In this document: positions 27,168 through 40,847 of the stretch, in pieces
How positions within the stretch are numbered: the stretch's first letter is position 1
How the letters are laid out: each line of letters starts with the position of its first letter
Assembly (NCBI GenBank): GCA_037379345.1
Contig: CM074515.1
Coordinates: 930,001 to 994,000 of the forward strand
Direction: 5' to 3'
Source of the DNA: Perna viridis
Taxonomy: Eukaryota
Length of the DNA stretch: 64,000 nucleotides
Position numbers and translations under genes: made by a program
Notes under the pieces: model-generated
Database searches by the model: none
What the model saw: only the letters and a program-made list of their open reading frames with translations
Told to the model about the DNA's origin: nothing

Positions 27168-27341
27168 ATGTTTTCATCAATACTAAAGTCGTTTCAAAAG
27201 GAAGAGCAGAGATCTGGTAACCAGAATAGTGACTTAGAGGAAGATGGATTTTTAGTTGTTGGACAAAGCAGGAATGAACAAACAACAATTAAGACTATTG
27301 AATTTGACCAGAAGATTGATAGGCCACCAAGTTATATGGAG
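27168..27341 (+). CDS. UMAD1: UBAP1-MVB12-associated (UMA) domain protein 1, coding exon 1
   Basis: MFSSILKSF...EEDGFLVVG (human MFHFFRK...EADGFVLLG); acceptor at 27137, phase-0 GTAGGT donor at 27342. Confidence 0.85.
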
Positions 27342-27648
27342 GTAGGTTTTCAGACTAGAGGACTGATAGACCATAAGTTATATGGAGGTAGGCTTTAAGT
27401 ACAGAAAATTGATAGGCCACCAAGTTATATGGAGGTATGTGTTAGTGGGCCACCAAGTTATATGAAGGGAGGTTTTCAGACTATAGGATTGATAGGCCAA
27501 AAGTTATATGGAGGTATGTGTTCAGTCCAAAAGATAAGTGGGCCACCAAATTAAAAGGAGGTATGTTTGACTAGAGATTATATGGAGGTAGGTTTTCAGC
27601 TCAGAAGATTTATAAGCCACCATGTTATATGGAGGTATGTTTCAGTTT
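27312..27648 (+). repeat. Degenerate tandem array copying the UMAD1 exon end plus its splice donor
   Basis: About 8 copies (including the exonic one) of gataggccaccaagttatatggag|gtaggt/gtatgt. Confidence 0.85.
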
Positions 27649-27809
27649 GTTGTTTTGGTCTTTGCACCTCTTAGGGTTAATTAAAATTTTAATTTGACAT
27701 TTAAGTTTCTGACCTTTTCCATTATTGCCTGATTTTCACAAAAACTTATACTTAATTTGTTATCCTTTTAATTTCTTTTACAAATTGATCAACTTAATCT
27801 GCCAGATAA

Positions 27810-28740
27810 TTGTCCCCCGCAACAAGTCACAAGGGGGCGTGTAAAGCTGGGTGTCCGCACTTTTTTTGAAATGCTCCTACCAAATAAGTTTGTTTTTGGT
27901 ACGTAGCCTTATTTTGAAGAGTAACAGATTAATTTTGACTTTGTTTAGAGTTGAATGATTTTTATGGAAGTTATGGCCCTTGGACTTAGAAAATTTCAGT
28001 GAATTTACAGTTTTCCCCGCATTTTTAGCTCACCTGGCCAAAGACCATGTGAGCTATTGCCATCACTTTGCATCCATCGTCGTCGTTAACAATTATATAA
28101 AATGTATGAATGTTCCTCGGGGTATCCTGCATAGAACTGATGTGGGAATTTTTGATCTGTCGAAAAACATGGCTGCAATTACTAAAAATAGAACATAGGG
28201 GTCAGATAGTAGTTTTTCACATATATCTCCAAAATTGTTAGGTTTAGCGAAATTCTTTCAATAGCTGAAGTGATCCTTATTATTAGTACTACAAAAGTCT
28301 TCAGGGATAAAAGTTGTCTACTCTTTGTAAGAGTTATTGCCCTTTAAAGGGGAAAATGAAGTTTTTTTTTCAATTTTCAGTCAATATCTTAAAAACTATG
28401 ATATAGTAAAAGAAACTTTCAATTGTTGAAATGATCATTATGATAAGTCCTACCAAAGACTTCTTGAGACAAAATTGTTGGACAACTTCTTGTTAAATTT
28501 ATTGCCTTTTAAAGGCAAAATTCAACCAGGTTAGCAATCCAGGCTCCTGGGAGCCTCTTGTATTGTAATGCTTTTATCAGTTGATTTTAAATTTTGTACG
28601 TAGTCTTACTATGAGAAGTTGCAGATAAAGTTCGACTTTGGTTTTGGTTGAATGATTTTTTACGAAAGTTACTGCCCTTGGACTTAGAAAATTTCAGTGA
28701 ATTTTAAATTTTCCACTCTTTTTTTATGGGGGACATTGGA
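27810..28740 (+). mobile_element. Nested Helentron-type non-autonomous (HINE-like) elements in the UMAD1 intron
   Basis: tttttagctcacctggcc...gtgagctattgccatcac...cgtcgtcg head at 28022; 3' hairpin aggctcctgggagcct near 28550; outer element with repeated gcccttggacttagaaaatttcagtg units. Confidence 0.6.
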
Positions 28741-28948
28741 ATGCTGTTCTTTTATTAACTGTCCATCAATGCGACCTTTTGCTTCTGTTTGTGTTGCCAT
28801 AGTGGCTCAAGAGGTGGCCGTTCAAAAGTGAAACCCATGTTCCCAAAAAACCTCTAGTCCTATATAACCCTAGTTTGTAATATTGTGTATATACTGCTGA
28901 CCATTCCTTAAAACAGAATAATCTACATAATTCTTGTTCAATTGACAG

Positions 28949-29200
28949 GTAACAGAAGAAAAAGACTTAGCTATGTTCAATACAAGAACTACCAATGTTC
29001 CAAATGACAGTGCTCAATATTCTAATGCAGTGATGGACAACATTGGTCATCCTTTACAAGATGTTCCTTTCTCTATAAACCCCCAGCTACAATTAATGTG
29101 GGGTGTTGGGCAAACAGGACTTCCAATTACTAGACTGTATGATCCTTCCAAATATGAATATGACTTTACTTTAGAATATTCAATAGTCAACTCATCGTGA
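28949..29200 (+). CDS. UMAD1: UMAD1 coding exon 2 (UMA domain, stop codon)
   Basis: ttgacag acceptor in phase 0; LQDVPFSINPQL...YEYDFTLEYSIV* matches the UMA domain (human LSDVPFTLAPHV...WYDFTLENSVL). Confidence 0.88.
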   Translation, partial: VTEEKDLAMFNTRTTNVPNDSAQYSNAVMDNIGHPLQDVPFSINPQLQLMWGVGQTGLPITRLYDPSKYEYDFTLEYSIVNSS

Positions 29201-29636
29201 ACACATAATATTGATTAAAGTTGTTATTCATTCATGCTATTCATGGATTAGTGTATTGTATACATACGGTTTACCCTCCCGGTCTTAACGACAATATCAT
29301 GGGAATTAAAAACATCTCAAGAATAAATTCGGTCACCAGTTTCGATATAGTTTCTAATCCAGTGCGTAACAACAGGTCTCATGGACACAGATTAAATGGC
29401 AATAAACGAAATCATTGAAATAACAATACTACGGTTCCAAATCTCATTGCAATTTCTAAAAACAATGGACGTCATCAACTTTTAGCCAAACAATGTTCAA
29501 TACTGGTCACTAGATTACACACTATTCTGGGGGAATATACCAAACTTTTCCCGAAAATTTATTGTCCAGAAAAATATACAAAGTATTTTCTAAAAATTAA
29601 ATATATTAATAAAGGTTTTGATATCATCAACATTGT

Positions 29637-29915
29637 TGTTATTTTGAATGATCACAGTTAATGAACCTATCCCTGCTTATTTTGAATGATCACAGTTAAT
29701 GAACCTATCCCTGCTTATTTTGAATGATCACAGTTAATGAACCAATCCCTGCTTATTTTGAATGATCACAGTTAATGAACCTATCCCTGCTTATTTTGAA
29801 TGATCACAGTTAATGAACCAATCCCTGCTTATTTTGAATGATCACACAGTTAATGAACCAATCCCTGCTTATTTTGAATGATCACAGTTAATGAACCAAT
29901 CCCTGCTTATTTTGA
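29637..29915. repeat. Minisatellite, 38-bp unit, about 7 copies
   Basis: cttattttgaatgatcacagttaatgaacctatccctg repeated. Confidence 0.95.
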
Positions 29916-29949
29916 TAATACTGAACTGCCTTCTATTTGCTATATTAAC

Positions 29950-31760
29950 AAAAATCCAACCCGTAAATATGTCTTTAGTTACAGCAAATAATGCGAAGAT
30001 GTGAACATTAAGGAAAATACACCAATATTCTGAAATTGCAATCAGTCAAAATATATTTATTGTCTTAGTGTCGTTAGCGACTCAGAGGTGAAAACATTTT
30101 TTCAAAAAGGACCTTAGTATCGTCTTTCGGCTACTATTAATTGGAAAAATATGTAACATCAACCAGTACTCATTCCATTCGTATTGTATTAAATGGATAA
30201 AGTGTGAGAAAGTAGACAAGAAAGCATAAGATGGTTATGAAAATAGTTGAAATCCGAATAAAACATTTTGAAGAACTTTTTACTTCTAATAAAAACATAA
30301 ATGTCGCATGTTTGTTTTTATTCCTGCTGATAAAGCTGCAAATAATACTGTTAATTGACGTAAACTTTATTGTGAAATTCTACAAAAAGAAATTACAAAT
30401 TCGCCTACATTCCAACTGACTAAATTTGTAGAAAGTGAAAATGTGAACAAACACAAGCTCTTCACTATCTCCTAGTAGCATGAAAGTTCCTACTACGTAC
30501 TGCTTTCCAAAACGCCTTATAATGTAGATTTATTTCTACGTACTGCTTTCCAAAACGCCTTATAATATAGATTTATTTCTACGTACTGCTTTCCAAAACG
30601 CCTTATAATATAGATTTATTTCTACGTACTGCTTTCCAAAACGCCTTATAATATAGATTTATTTCCTCTTTTAAGTTATTACTCAACAGCCAAACTTTAA
30701 TTTTACTTGTGCGATCGATACCATAGAAAATCTTATAACTATTGTAAAAAAAACCTGATGAAAATAGTCACTGTGGAATTTCATTATTTTTGACGTGTTA
30801 ATAACTTGCCTACGAGTAATACTGCGAATCTGTTCAAAGTTTTGATTTTCCACACTTTTATAGTTCACTTCCACATACTTCCATAAAACAAAATGGCATA
30901 TCTTATCGTATGGTCCTTTCATAAATCGGGATGTGAATATATTGTTCGAATTCTTTTAGATCATTTTAAGTAGTGAAAAAACAAAAAAAAACTACGTTAA
31001 TTGGACTTCTTTTGATATGCTTACAGCACTCGAAGTCCTGTTAGACAACATTTTCATTCGCTTTGGCGACACCGTTTATCGTCAAGTTGTGGAATTGTGC
31101 ACCACTTATTGTGGACCTCTTTCTGTATTGTTACGAATTACAGTTTATGACTAGAATAAGTAAAAACCCTTTCAAACAGTATTTGGCAGAGAAATTAAAT
31201 AACACCTTCTGACATTCGGACGATATACTTAACGACGACTATCTTGCAGAACTTTCTTTGAATAAAGCAAAAATTGATAATAGAGAATCTCAGTATTTAT
31301 ATCGATAAAAGGAATGTATTTTAATTCCCTTTTGTTAACTATCCGTTCTTAATGGTGTCGCCCCATGTCACCATCATATGGTGTTTACATATCACAAGTG
31401 GTTCTATTTTGCTCGTATTCGTAACAATGTTTCGGTTTTAACGATATAAACGAGAAATTACTACATCAATGTGTTCGATATCACAAGCTGTACAAGAACC
31501 TCATTCTCAAATACAGATGTACTTGTAAACGATTAATATGGGTGGGTATCTCCCACCTTATAGCTTATGGTAATATTCTTCACAAAGCACGGAAAACTCA
31601 ATACTCGCCATATAAGTTGACTAAACCGTTGAATAAGTTAATTTGTAAGGGAAATAATTATGATATTGTCAAATCGTTAAAGATAAAAAAAAAATGGTAT
31701 TAACAATTAACGTTGATTCGCTCATAGGGATTTTACATAGAAACTAACATATTATATTTA
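29950..31760 (+). mobile_element. Highly decayed Penelope-like (Naiad-type) RT, with an internal 43-bp x4 duplication at 30493-30665
   Basis: Fragments KGP.YR, FIPADKAANN, LDNIFIRFGDTVYRQVV, NCAPLIVDLFLYCYE, PFVNYPFL, SYGVYISQ. Confidence 0.7.
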
Positions 31761-31859
31761 AAAGCAATTTCCGGTATGCTTATTGTATGATTTATGAAGT
31801 ACCGTGCTTCTCAACCCCGCTTGGAAAGAACTGGGATTGATTTATTGTATGATTTATGT

Positions 31860-32740
31860 GTTAAAGATATGACACTTTATAAGACATCCGTTCTTTGGTA
31901 TATACCTTCTATTGAAGATATGTCACTTAATGAGACATCCGTTGTTTGGTATATACCTTCTATTTAAAACATTGCACTTTCAAATCCAACGTTCCTTGGT
32001 ATATACCTTCTTTTGAAGATATATACACTTTATGAGTCATTTGTTTCTTAGTATATACCTTCTATTGAAGATATGGCACTTCAAAAGACATCCGTTCCAA
32101 GGTCAATACCTTCCGTTGAAGATATGGCACTTTATAAGACACCCTTCCCTAGGTTAATACCTTCTTTTGAAGATATGGCACTTTATATAAGACATCCGTT
32201 CCTTGGTATATACTTTCTTTTGAAGATATGACACTTTATATGACATCCGTTACTAGGTATATACCTTCTGTTGAAGATATGACACTTCATAAGACATCCG
32301 TTCCTAGGTATATACCTTCTGTTGAAGATATAACACTTTATGAGACATCCGTTCCTTGGTATATACCTTCTATTGATGACATGACACTTAATGAGACACC
32401 CGTTTTTTGGTATATACCTTCTATTGAAGGTATGGCAATTTATAAGACATCCGTTCCTGGGCATATATATTCTGTTAAAGATATGGCACTTTATAAGACA
32501 GCCGTTTCTTGGTATATATATTCTATTTTTAAAGATATGGCACTTTATAAGACATGCGTTCCTTGGTACATACCTTCTTTTGAATATATGATTCTTTATA
32601 AGGCATACGTTCCTTGGTATATACCTTCTTTTGAAAATATGGCACTTCATAAGACATCCGTTACTTGGTATAGACCTTCTTTTGAAGAAATTGCACTTTT
32701 AGAGACATGTTTCATTCCTTGGTATATACCATCTATCATG
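31860..32740. repeat. Minisatellite, about 51-bp unit, about 17 copies; resumes at about 39720-39815
   Basis: gaagatatggcactttataagacatccgttccttggtatataccttctatt repeated. Confidence 0.9.
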
Positions 32741-32789
32741 AATTTGGTGTTTTTGCACGCAGTGCAATTATGGACACTATTGATAAATA

Positions 32790-35700
32790 CTGTAACGTAA
32801 CATTTTTATCCATGTAATGTCATTTTGAATAAACGTATTTGATAAATTGGCGCGTTATCTCAGCATTCCCCCGTACAAATCATAGCTGCCGTGACCAATG
32901 GAGAAGAATAAAGCCATCCGTAGAGGACACAGAAGTGCCGTCACATGTTTCATTAACAAGACTGATTAAAGGATTGAAGAACGTCCATCCGGGAGATTCG
33001 CATAGCCATATATTCAATGGAGACAAAACAGGAGGGGTTTAAAACTTTAGACAATCAAATCATAGAAGTCGAAGACATGGAACAGGAGATTCTTGATACG
33101 GACGATTTCAACTACAACATGGAATCAAATATTCGCAGGTACAAGGAATCACTGGAAGAATGAAGCTCAACGCAACGACAGGTGAGTGAACAAGCACATT
33201 CCTTATCCCATTCTTTATCTGTCCTCAACCAGAATTCCAATCAAACACACCACCAAGAATCCAATATGAACACTGAACTCGCAACCCAACCCAGCGTTTC
33301 ATCCTTGCCCAGTTTCTACCATAAACCACCAAAACTTGATTTGCCTAGATTTAACGGAGATATGGGATGGATGCCTTTCTAGGACTCATTCAAGATCACA
33401 ATACACACCAATCCGTCCCTAACAAATGGACAGAATTTTAGTAACTTACGGTCACAACTGAGCCATTTTGCCAAACAATGTCTATCAGGATATACCCTGT
33501 CAAGCGCAAACTACGAGCAAGCGATATGCTTGTTGAAGGAGCGCCGATACATACATGCAAAACTCGTTAGAATGACCTAGCCCATCATCTCATTCAGAGG
33601 ACACAGTTTATGCACACTTTACGATAGTATGGAATCGAACATTCGAGGGCGTGAATCACTTGGACAATCGCAAGACAGTTTTGGTTCACTGCTAATTCCG
33701 TTAATTCTCAAGAACCTACCCATTGAAATGAGAAAATATATGACACGTGAACACGGAAAAAAGAGTTAGGATATTCGCTCGTTACGGGAGGCCATATCAA
33801 AAGAAATGTACGTCAAGGAATCAAATTCCGCCGACAGTTACACATGCGTAGAGTATACACTAACCGCATAGTTCGTCAAAGTCGCAATGTCTAAACATCG
33901 TAAGAGTAAGAGAATAGTCAGTCAACCCCACTCCCATTCTAAGCCGTCACCTAGGAAACTGAGCACCAAACAGTGCGATTACTGTAAATGAACCCATCAC
34001 CAATCCGAATGAATATGACACTGCCTAGAAACGTTTCGCTAGAATCAAACAGAAAATGCTGTTTGAATTGCTTCGAAAACCGCAAGGCATCAGAATGGAA
34101 ATCAAAATATTCGTGCCGTATATATAACAGGCGGCTCTCCAAGATCCCGAATCGCTCACCATGTCCTTTTCACTAAGTAAGTAAATGTATCATGCTTTAA
34201 ATTTGTTGCCATGTTTGACAAATATTGCTGAAAAAGAGCATATATTGATGAATGCTGTAAGTACAAAAGAGTATCTAAGGCACTATAAAATGTTGAAAAT
34301 GCCTTCAAAGTGTTTTTAGAACCTCTGGAAAATATTTAGGCAGAGGTCATCCTATGCCCTGTTATTCTACCGGATCTGAGGGTGCATTAGCCCAGTATAC
34401 ATTTGCTGATTATGAACATAAAATGAAGTTAAACCATGGCTATCCAACATTTTTACCATTCACATCAGGAGACCATGTTTACTATATAAACCAATTGTCG
34501 TTGAAATCAAATCAAGTATAAAAATTGGCAAGAAATTTTCAGCCCAGAACGATCTTTTATCATCATTAAATTAAAACACTTAGTTTCCTAAATGAACTAA
34601 AAATCATTGGAATCTGAGCAACTGGTCAAAATGGTCACCTAAAAATTATTTCAGTACTGCAAGACAACTCAGAATATCATGTTTATCTTTTTGGAGTAGC
34701 TTTCATTTTTATTATTTTTCTATAGGTGAGGAATAAAATAGCAAAAAAAAAAACATTTTCAGCCCTATCTTCTACTTTCATTAACGACGGCCATGTTTTT
34801 TTTGACGGATGAAAAATTTTAAATGGTCAGTTTGTGCAGGGACCCTACAAAACTTATTTAATTTTATTAAATTTTGTTGCAATTGGTTTCAGAGAGTTGT
34901 ACACGTGACAAAAGACCAAAAAACTTGTTTAAGGGGCCATCACTCCTACAACAGGCAACAAATCATTTTGAAAATTTTGGCGAAGGTCGGTCTTCTGATG
35001 GTGAACAATATTACTCTCCATCAGAATTTTGCTAAATTCACCTTTTTTTTTTTAAACTTTTCACCAATCAAAATTCCAAACGGTCATTTTGTTCAGGATA
35101 CCCTAAAACAGTAATACCAACTATCATTAAATTCTGTACAGTAGATTCTGAGGAGAAGATTTTTTAAAGTAATAACATCAAAAACAGCCAAAAAAAAAAA
35201 CATCCAAAAGGGCAACAACTCCAACATGGGTCAAAAGATTGTCACCAAAATTGCATCACAGATAGATCTCATCATGGTGAACACTTTTACCCTAATGTCA
35301 GAATTTGGTAAAACCTAATGGTTTTGGATATATATGCAAAAAACTGCCGTCAGACCCCTATGTTCTATTTCCAGTACCGACGGCCATCATTTTTAACAAA
35401 TCAAAAAACCTAAATAGTCATTTTTTAGTCAGGATACTCCACCAAAAAAAAAACAATCTTCTAAAGTTTCGTCCAAATCCATTCAGTAATTTTCAGAGGA
35501 GAAGATGTTTGAAGAATTGTCACGACGACGGCAACGGACGCAAAGTGATGGCAATAGCTCACTTGGCCTACGAGAGAGATTCGAAAACCGCAGTGAACGA
35601 GGTAAATGAAGAAGATATATCCACAGCAGCGTTATACAGTACGCATGAGAGATAAATGAACAAGGTGCGCAGGAATAATGTCTTACTGAAGACAGCCGTA

Positions 35701-38700
35701 TACACCGTTTCCAACGGAACAAATTCAACCACTGCACATATATTGCTAGATGAAGGCTCACAAAAAGTTAGTAGAGAGTTTGAATCTTAAACCTTGTGGA
35801 ACGTCAACACTCAGCATAGCCTCATTCGGAGACCTTACCCGAAATGTCAGAAATTTAAAACTGCAGGACACTTTCAGTCGATGTTCTTATCGTTCCAACC
35901 ATAGCAGCACCATTGACAAACCATACACGCCCTGAAGTCGCTAGACTTCCCGTATTCTAGGTACTGAAATTAGTTCATCCGGGTACAGAGGATGAAAATT
36001 TCTATGATAATTATAGTCGATTATTGAGGTATTGTTGAAAATAAAATTGTAGGTGGCGACGGCCCACAGTTGTCAAATAAAAACTCAGATACCTTCTATC
36101 TGACCCAATATTCAACAGTAATGTTTCAGCTGTTATAACAACAATGATGACTGTACTTGTACAAAACAAGCGAGAAGATGTAGACTTAGGGAGATTCTGG
36201 AACTTAGAATCGATAGGCGTAACTGAAAAGGAAACATTGACCCAAGTTTTTATGACAGGTATGGATCAAGTAATTAACACGAAAATGGTAAATACACAGC
36301 AAAACTACCATGGAAAGATGACTTTGATGAACTACCAAGTAATTACCACATCACAAAAATACACACAAAGAAAATGATCAATAGGCTGCGAAAGTACCCG
36401 GATATGTGTAAAGTATACCACGAGATTATGGCTGACCAACTGAAACGAGAGGCTCCGTAGAGAAGATCAGTGAAAAATGAGCAAACTGAAAACAAGGTAT
36501 ATTATATACCTCACCACGGTATGAAGAGGACTTCAACAACAACACCCACTACAATTGTATTTGATTGCAGCTGCCGCGAGTCACCCAACAAAGCCCGTCC
36601 CAATGATTGTCTGAAATCCGTACCACCCGCCATGAATGATTTTACAGGGATACTCACAAGATTCAGATTGAACAATTATGCTGTAACCCCGACATAGAAA
36701 AAATAATTTCTACAAATTGAGCTACACAAGGAACACCGAGGTATAACGAGATTCCAGTGGCTTTACGATCCATGCGACCTGTCTAGTCCATTAGCCACCT
36801 ACCTTTTTACAGTAGTCCTTTTCAGTGCCAATTGTTCACCCTTCATTTTACATGCTACGATAATAAAACATTTGAAATCAAACAAATCATCCTCTACAGA
36901 AAAATGAAAGAATGGACTATACGTGGAGAACATACTTAATAATTTTGGAAGCGACAACGAGCTTATGTATTTCTACCGAGAATCACGTCAACTTTTTAAG
37001 AAGGAGGATTCAACTTGCGTTCGTGGTCATTTAACAATGAGACACTTCGCCAGTTAGCTTCAGATGAAAACTGCGTAGACCTGGACAAGACTATCAAGAT
37101 CTTAGGACTAAGATGGAACTATGAGAAAGACACAATATCAATCAAGACAGTTTCAACGAAGATTTGGAGAACATACGCTTGACAAAACGGGAACTTTTTA
37201 TCCCAGTTTCCGTCCGCGCGAAACTGCTAATGCAACATTATTGTAAGAAAAGTATGAATGGGACCAGCCACTACCAGAGAACACCAAGAACAAATGGACT
37301 GAAATTGTACAAGAAATCGGCAAAGCTATAACTATGGAGATTCCGAGATGTTACTATACTGACACGATAGCCAAAACTTCACGACAGAACTACATGCATT
37401 CACCGACTCGAGTCTCGTAGCACATGGAGCATTTGCGTACATTGTAAAAGATAACCAATCATCACTTTTGATGTCAAGAAGCAGAGTTGCACCAATGAAA
37501 GATATCACAATTTCAAAAAATAGAACTAATGGGAGCTATTTTAGAATCAAGATTGGTCAAACATTTACTTGAGAATCTTGGAATCATGAACGTCATATTT
37601 TGGTGTGATATGGACAGCATCAAAGAAACTTCAGAAGAAAGTCATAATAAATCGAATAAAGGATCTCAAGGAGAACGTACAAACACAATAATGGCGATAT
37701 TGTCCAATCGACTCAAATCTCATCGATTTACTAACAAGAGGAACGTCAGCAGACAATACGAAAAATGAGTTCTGGATAAATAGACCGGAATGGCTCACCA
37801 TGAAATCGCGATGACCAGAGTGGAATGGAAACACAGAAGAAGTGTTGACATGTTCATTGGAGGACGAAGACGATTTGTAATCGACACATTCCGTTGCTAC
37901 AATAACTAACGAAGACTCAGGAATTCATACAATCATCAACACAGATAACGTAGGCCGCTTACAAAAACTACTGATAAAGGATCGCCGCCTACGTATACCG
38001 TTTCATATGAAATTGTAGAGTTGCAACAGAACTTCGTGAAACAAAGACACTCACAAAGACATTTTAGGACTAATTCAGAGACACAGAGGGAGACTTGGAA
38101 ATGCACCCGTCTGTGAAAATGCTAAATTTCCCGATTTACTAAAAAAAGGTTTACCAAACTTGTAATTCGAATTGTACATGAACTTCAACTACACGCAGGG
38201 ATCAACAGCACAATGACTTATTTACGCCAAACTTTTGAGATTCCACGAATCCGACAATCCTTTAGATCGGCCTTAATGAAATGTATGACGTGTAGTAACG
38301 TGACCTGTAAACCGATGCCCGACCCACCTTCTTTACCATAGAAGCGAATGCATGAGGACTTACAGTTTTCAGTTTCTTAGGGGGATTCTTGAGGACCGCT
38401 ACATGCTAAGAACAGCGACAACACAACGAACAAAGTATATACACAAGTGCATCAACGCTAGCCGACCTTATCCGTGGATTCATTCATGCTTGAATTCAGA
38501 AGATTTGATGGCAAACATTCTATTCCGAGAAGGTTATATCGGATTATGCATTGGCATTCATAGCCGCTAGCATATAGACATATATTCGTACATTTCTTAT
38601 GAAGTACACAATAAGTTGAATTCAAAAGGGATCACATGGAAATTCATAGCTGAACAAGCACCATGGTTTGAAGGGTTTTATGAAAGGCTCATTGGACTCA

Positions 38701-39120
38701 CGAAACAATGCCTTAGAAAAGTGTTAGGAAACTTGTGTGTTAACACAGAGACTTTAAGAATACTTCTTTCTGAAGTAGAGGCGACAAATAAGAATCGTCC
38801 TTTAGCCTACATCTCAGCAGACTTTTCCGAACCTAGTCCGTTAACACCCTCGCAACTACTGTGTACGGCAGACATATCACTTCACTTCCGTATCCAATGG
38901 ATTCTGTTGAAACCGCGAAAATTGAGTGTGATGACCGTTTGAATACTAACTTAACACATCGGTGTAATTTGATGTAACATTTCAGCGGTAGAGGGAAAAC
39001 GGAATATTTAAACACACTTCGTGAATACTATCGAACCATTGGAAACAACAAAAAAATATATTACATACTTGGTGAAATAGTCTCAGAAATCATTGGAAGC
39101 TAGGCATCATGGACAAATTT
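32790..39120 (+). mobile_element. Decayed BEL/Pao LTR retrotransposon (gag-PR-RT-RH-IN), with many stops and frameshifts
   Basis: PKLDLPRFNGD..WMPF; ILLDEGSQK; YYIPHHG...IVFDCS; ELHAFTDSS; ITWKFIAEQAPWFEGFYERLIG...NNRPL...PLTP; HWKLG; no intact 3' LTR seen. Confidence 0.88.
34175..35575 (-). mobile_element. Insertion(s) in the BEL gag region, including a HINE-like element
   Basis: Non-coding AT-rich block ending gacgacggcaacggacgcaaagtgatggcaatagctcacttggcc, the reverse complement of the head at 28022; BEL coding resumes afterwards. Confidence 0.6.
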
Positions 39121-39125
39121 TTTGT

Positions 39126-39720
39126 ATCGCGCTAGACTTCTTACAATTAGTATGCTTCTGGAACAGGGTTATGCTGCTACAAGATTGAAGTTATCACTTC
39201 AGAAGTTTTATGGTCGTCATCATGAACTCGTGGATCGTTGTGGTGTATCCATCTGCACCATGAAAACTGATTTATTCAACGGGTCATAGTTTTCCTCTCC
39301 TCGTTTGTCTACCCCGGACTTGACTTTTTATAAGCAACTCGGCGGGTGTTTCTAGAAAAAAACAGAGGACGCTTACCTTACCAGTGCACCTGGTCCATGC
39401 TCCCAGTTTTTAGTGGAGTCCGAGTTGCTCATTTGCTTTTGTTACTTTGCATGTATGATTTTAGTTAATTTATGTTCTTTGTTGTGTATGTCTGTTTTTC
39501 ATGCCTGGTCTTTGTCCCTAGATTGTATTCTTTTGATTACAGCTATAACTTTATCTTCTTGATTATCCTTTGATTACCGCTATAACCTTGGTTCCCTTGA
39601 TTATTCTTTGATTACATCTATAACCTTGGTTCCCTTGATTACTCTGATTACCGCTATAACCTTGGTTCCTTTCATTACTGTTTGATTACCGCTATAAACT
39701 TGGTTCCCTTCATTACTCTT
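39126..39720 (+). mobile_element. Naiad-type Penelope-like 3' end with a tandemly repeated tail
   Basis: Closely similar to 5118-5470 (gaacagggttatgctgctacaagattgaag...); tail of repeated gattaccgctataaccttggttccctt units. Confidence 0.85.
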
Positions 39721-40847
39721 TGGTATATTCTTCTTTTGAAGACATGGCATTTTTATAAGACATTCGTCCCTTGGTACATATTTCTATTGAAGATACTTGG
39801 AATATACCTTGTATTGAAAAAAAAAAACACACAATTGGTTCATCTGATAAGGTGAAATATATTTTTGTTCGGTAATATAACGTTAATAGGATTTATAAAT
39901 ATTCTTGTTAGAATATGTTTTGTATATTGTGTAAAATTAACTCTTCTTTGTCTGTTATCTATATTTCATAATTCAGTAATATTTGAATTCCAATTTCATA
40001 TTTAAAATGTATTATATCTAATATTTCTAGAAGACAGATTTTCATTGTTTTTCTCAACGATTAGTGTAAAAAAATAGGTCACCGAACTTGAGTTCGAGAT
40101 AACTGAACCTTCCTTAGGGCAATTATTTACAACATTTTTTTAAGGATTCTGTCAGGAATTTTCACTATTTTGCAAACTGTTACAAAACTGGTATACAGAA
40201 TTCCTGATAAATTTATGTAAAGAACAATTAACTGACATTTTTTCATATTCCAAAAAGAAAATTGCAAATTATCTCCCATTGGAAAGAATTTTCCCGTCAA
40301 TTATTTCCTCTTGCAGGAGGCGTTTGTAATTTAACCCCAATTTTTTTTGTCAAATATTCTTTTGAAATAATTTAAACATATTATACTATTTTCACTCCAA
40401 TGTTCTTGTGGCTTAAACATGGAGCACAGTGTGATTAACGAACGTCAAGTGATGACATGATGACCCTTGGGTCAAGTGAGGTAAAAACTTGAAAAGTTTT
40501 GTTGCAAACGTCTGTCTTTATTCAATTGAAGGTATAAAGTGCATTGAATTTAGTCAATGTGGGGTTCCGTATTTTCTGCTACGCATATAAATTAACCTAT
40601 CCGCTACCGTCTATGATCTAGACCAATGTGAAACAACCTTTAAACTTTCTGATTTATATACGTGCCAAGTTTGGACCATATACAACACGATCTGTCAGAT
40701 TTGTTGTAACCCACCTTTTTGTATCCTGTAATAACGCTAACGACTATATGCTGTATACAGTTAAGATGTAACCGTCTTCATTTGCCTCTCCGATAGCGTT
40801 ATATCATTATGCATGATTAATGTTCTCTAGAATTATATACAATGTTA

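Noticed and set aside
32183-32800. Overlapping 155-190 aa ORFs with Cys/His periodicity
   Set aside because: Translations of the 51-bp minisatellite, open on both strands; not true zinc fingers
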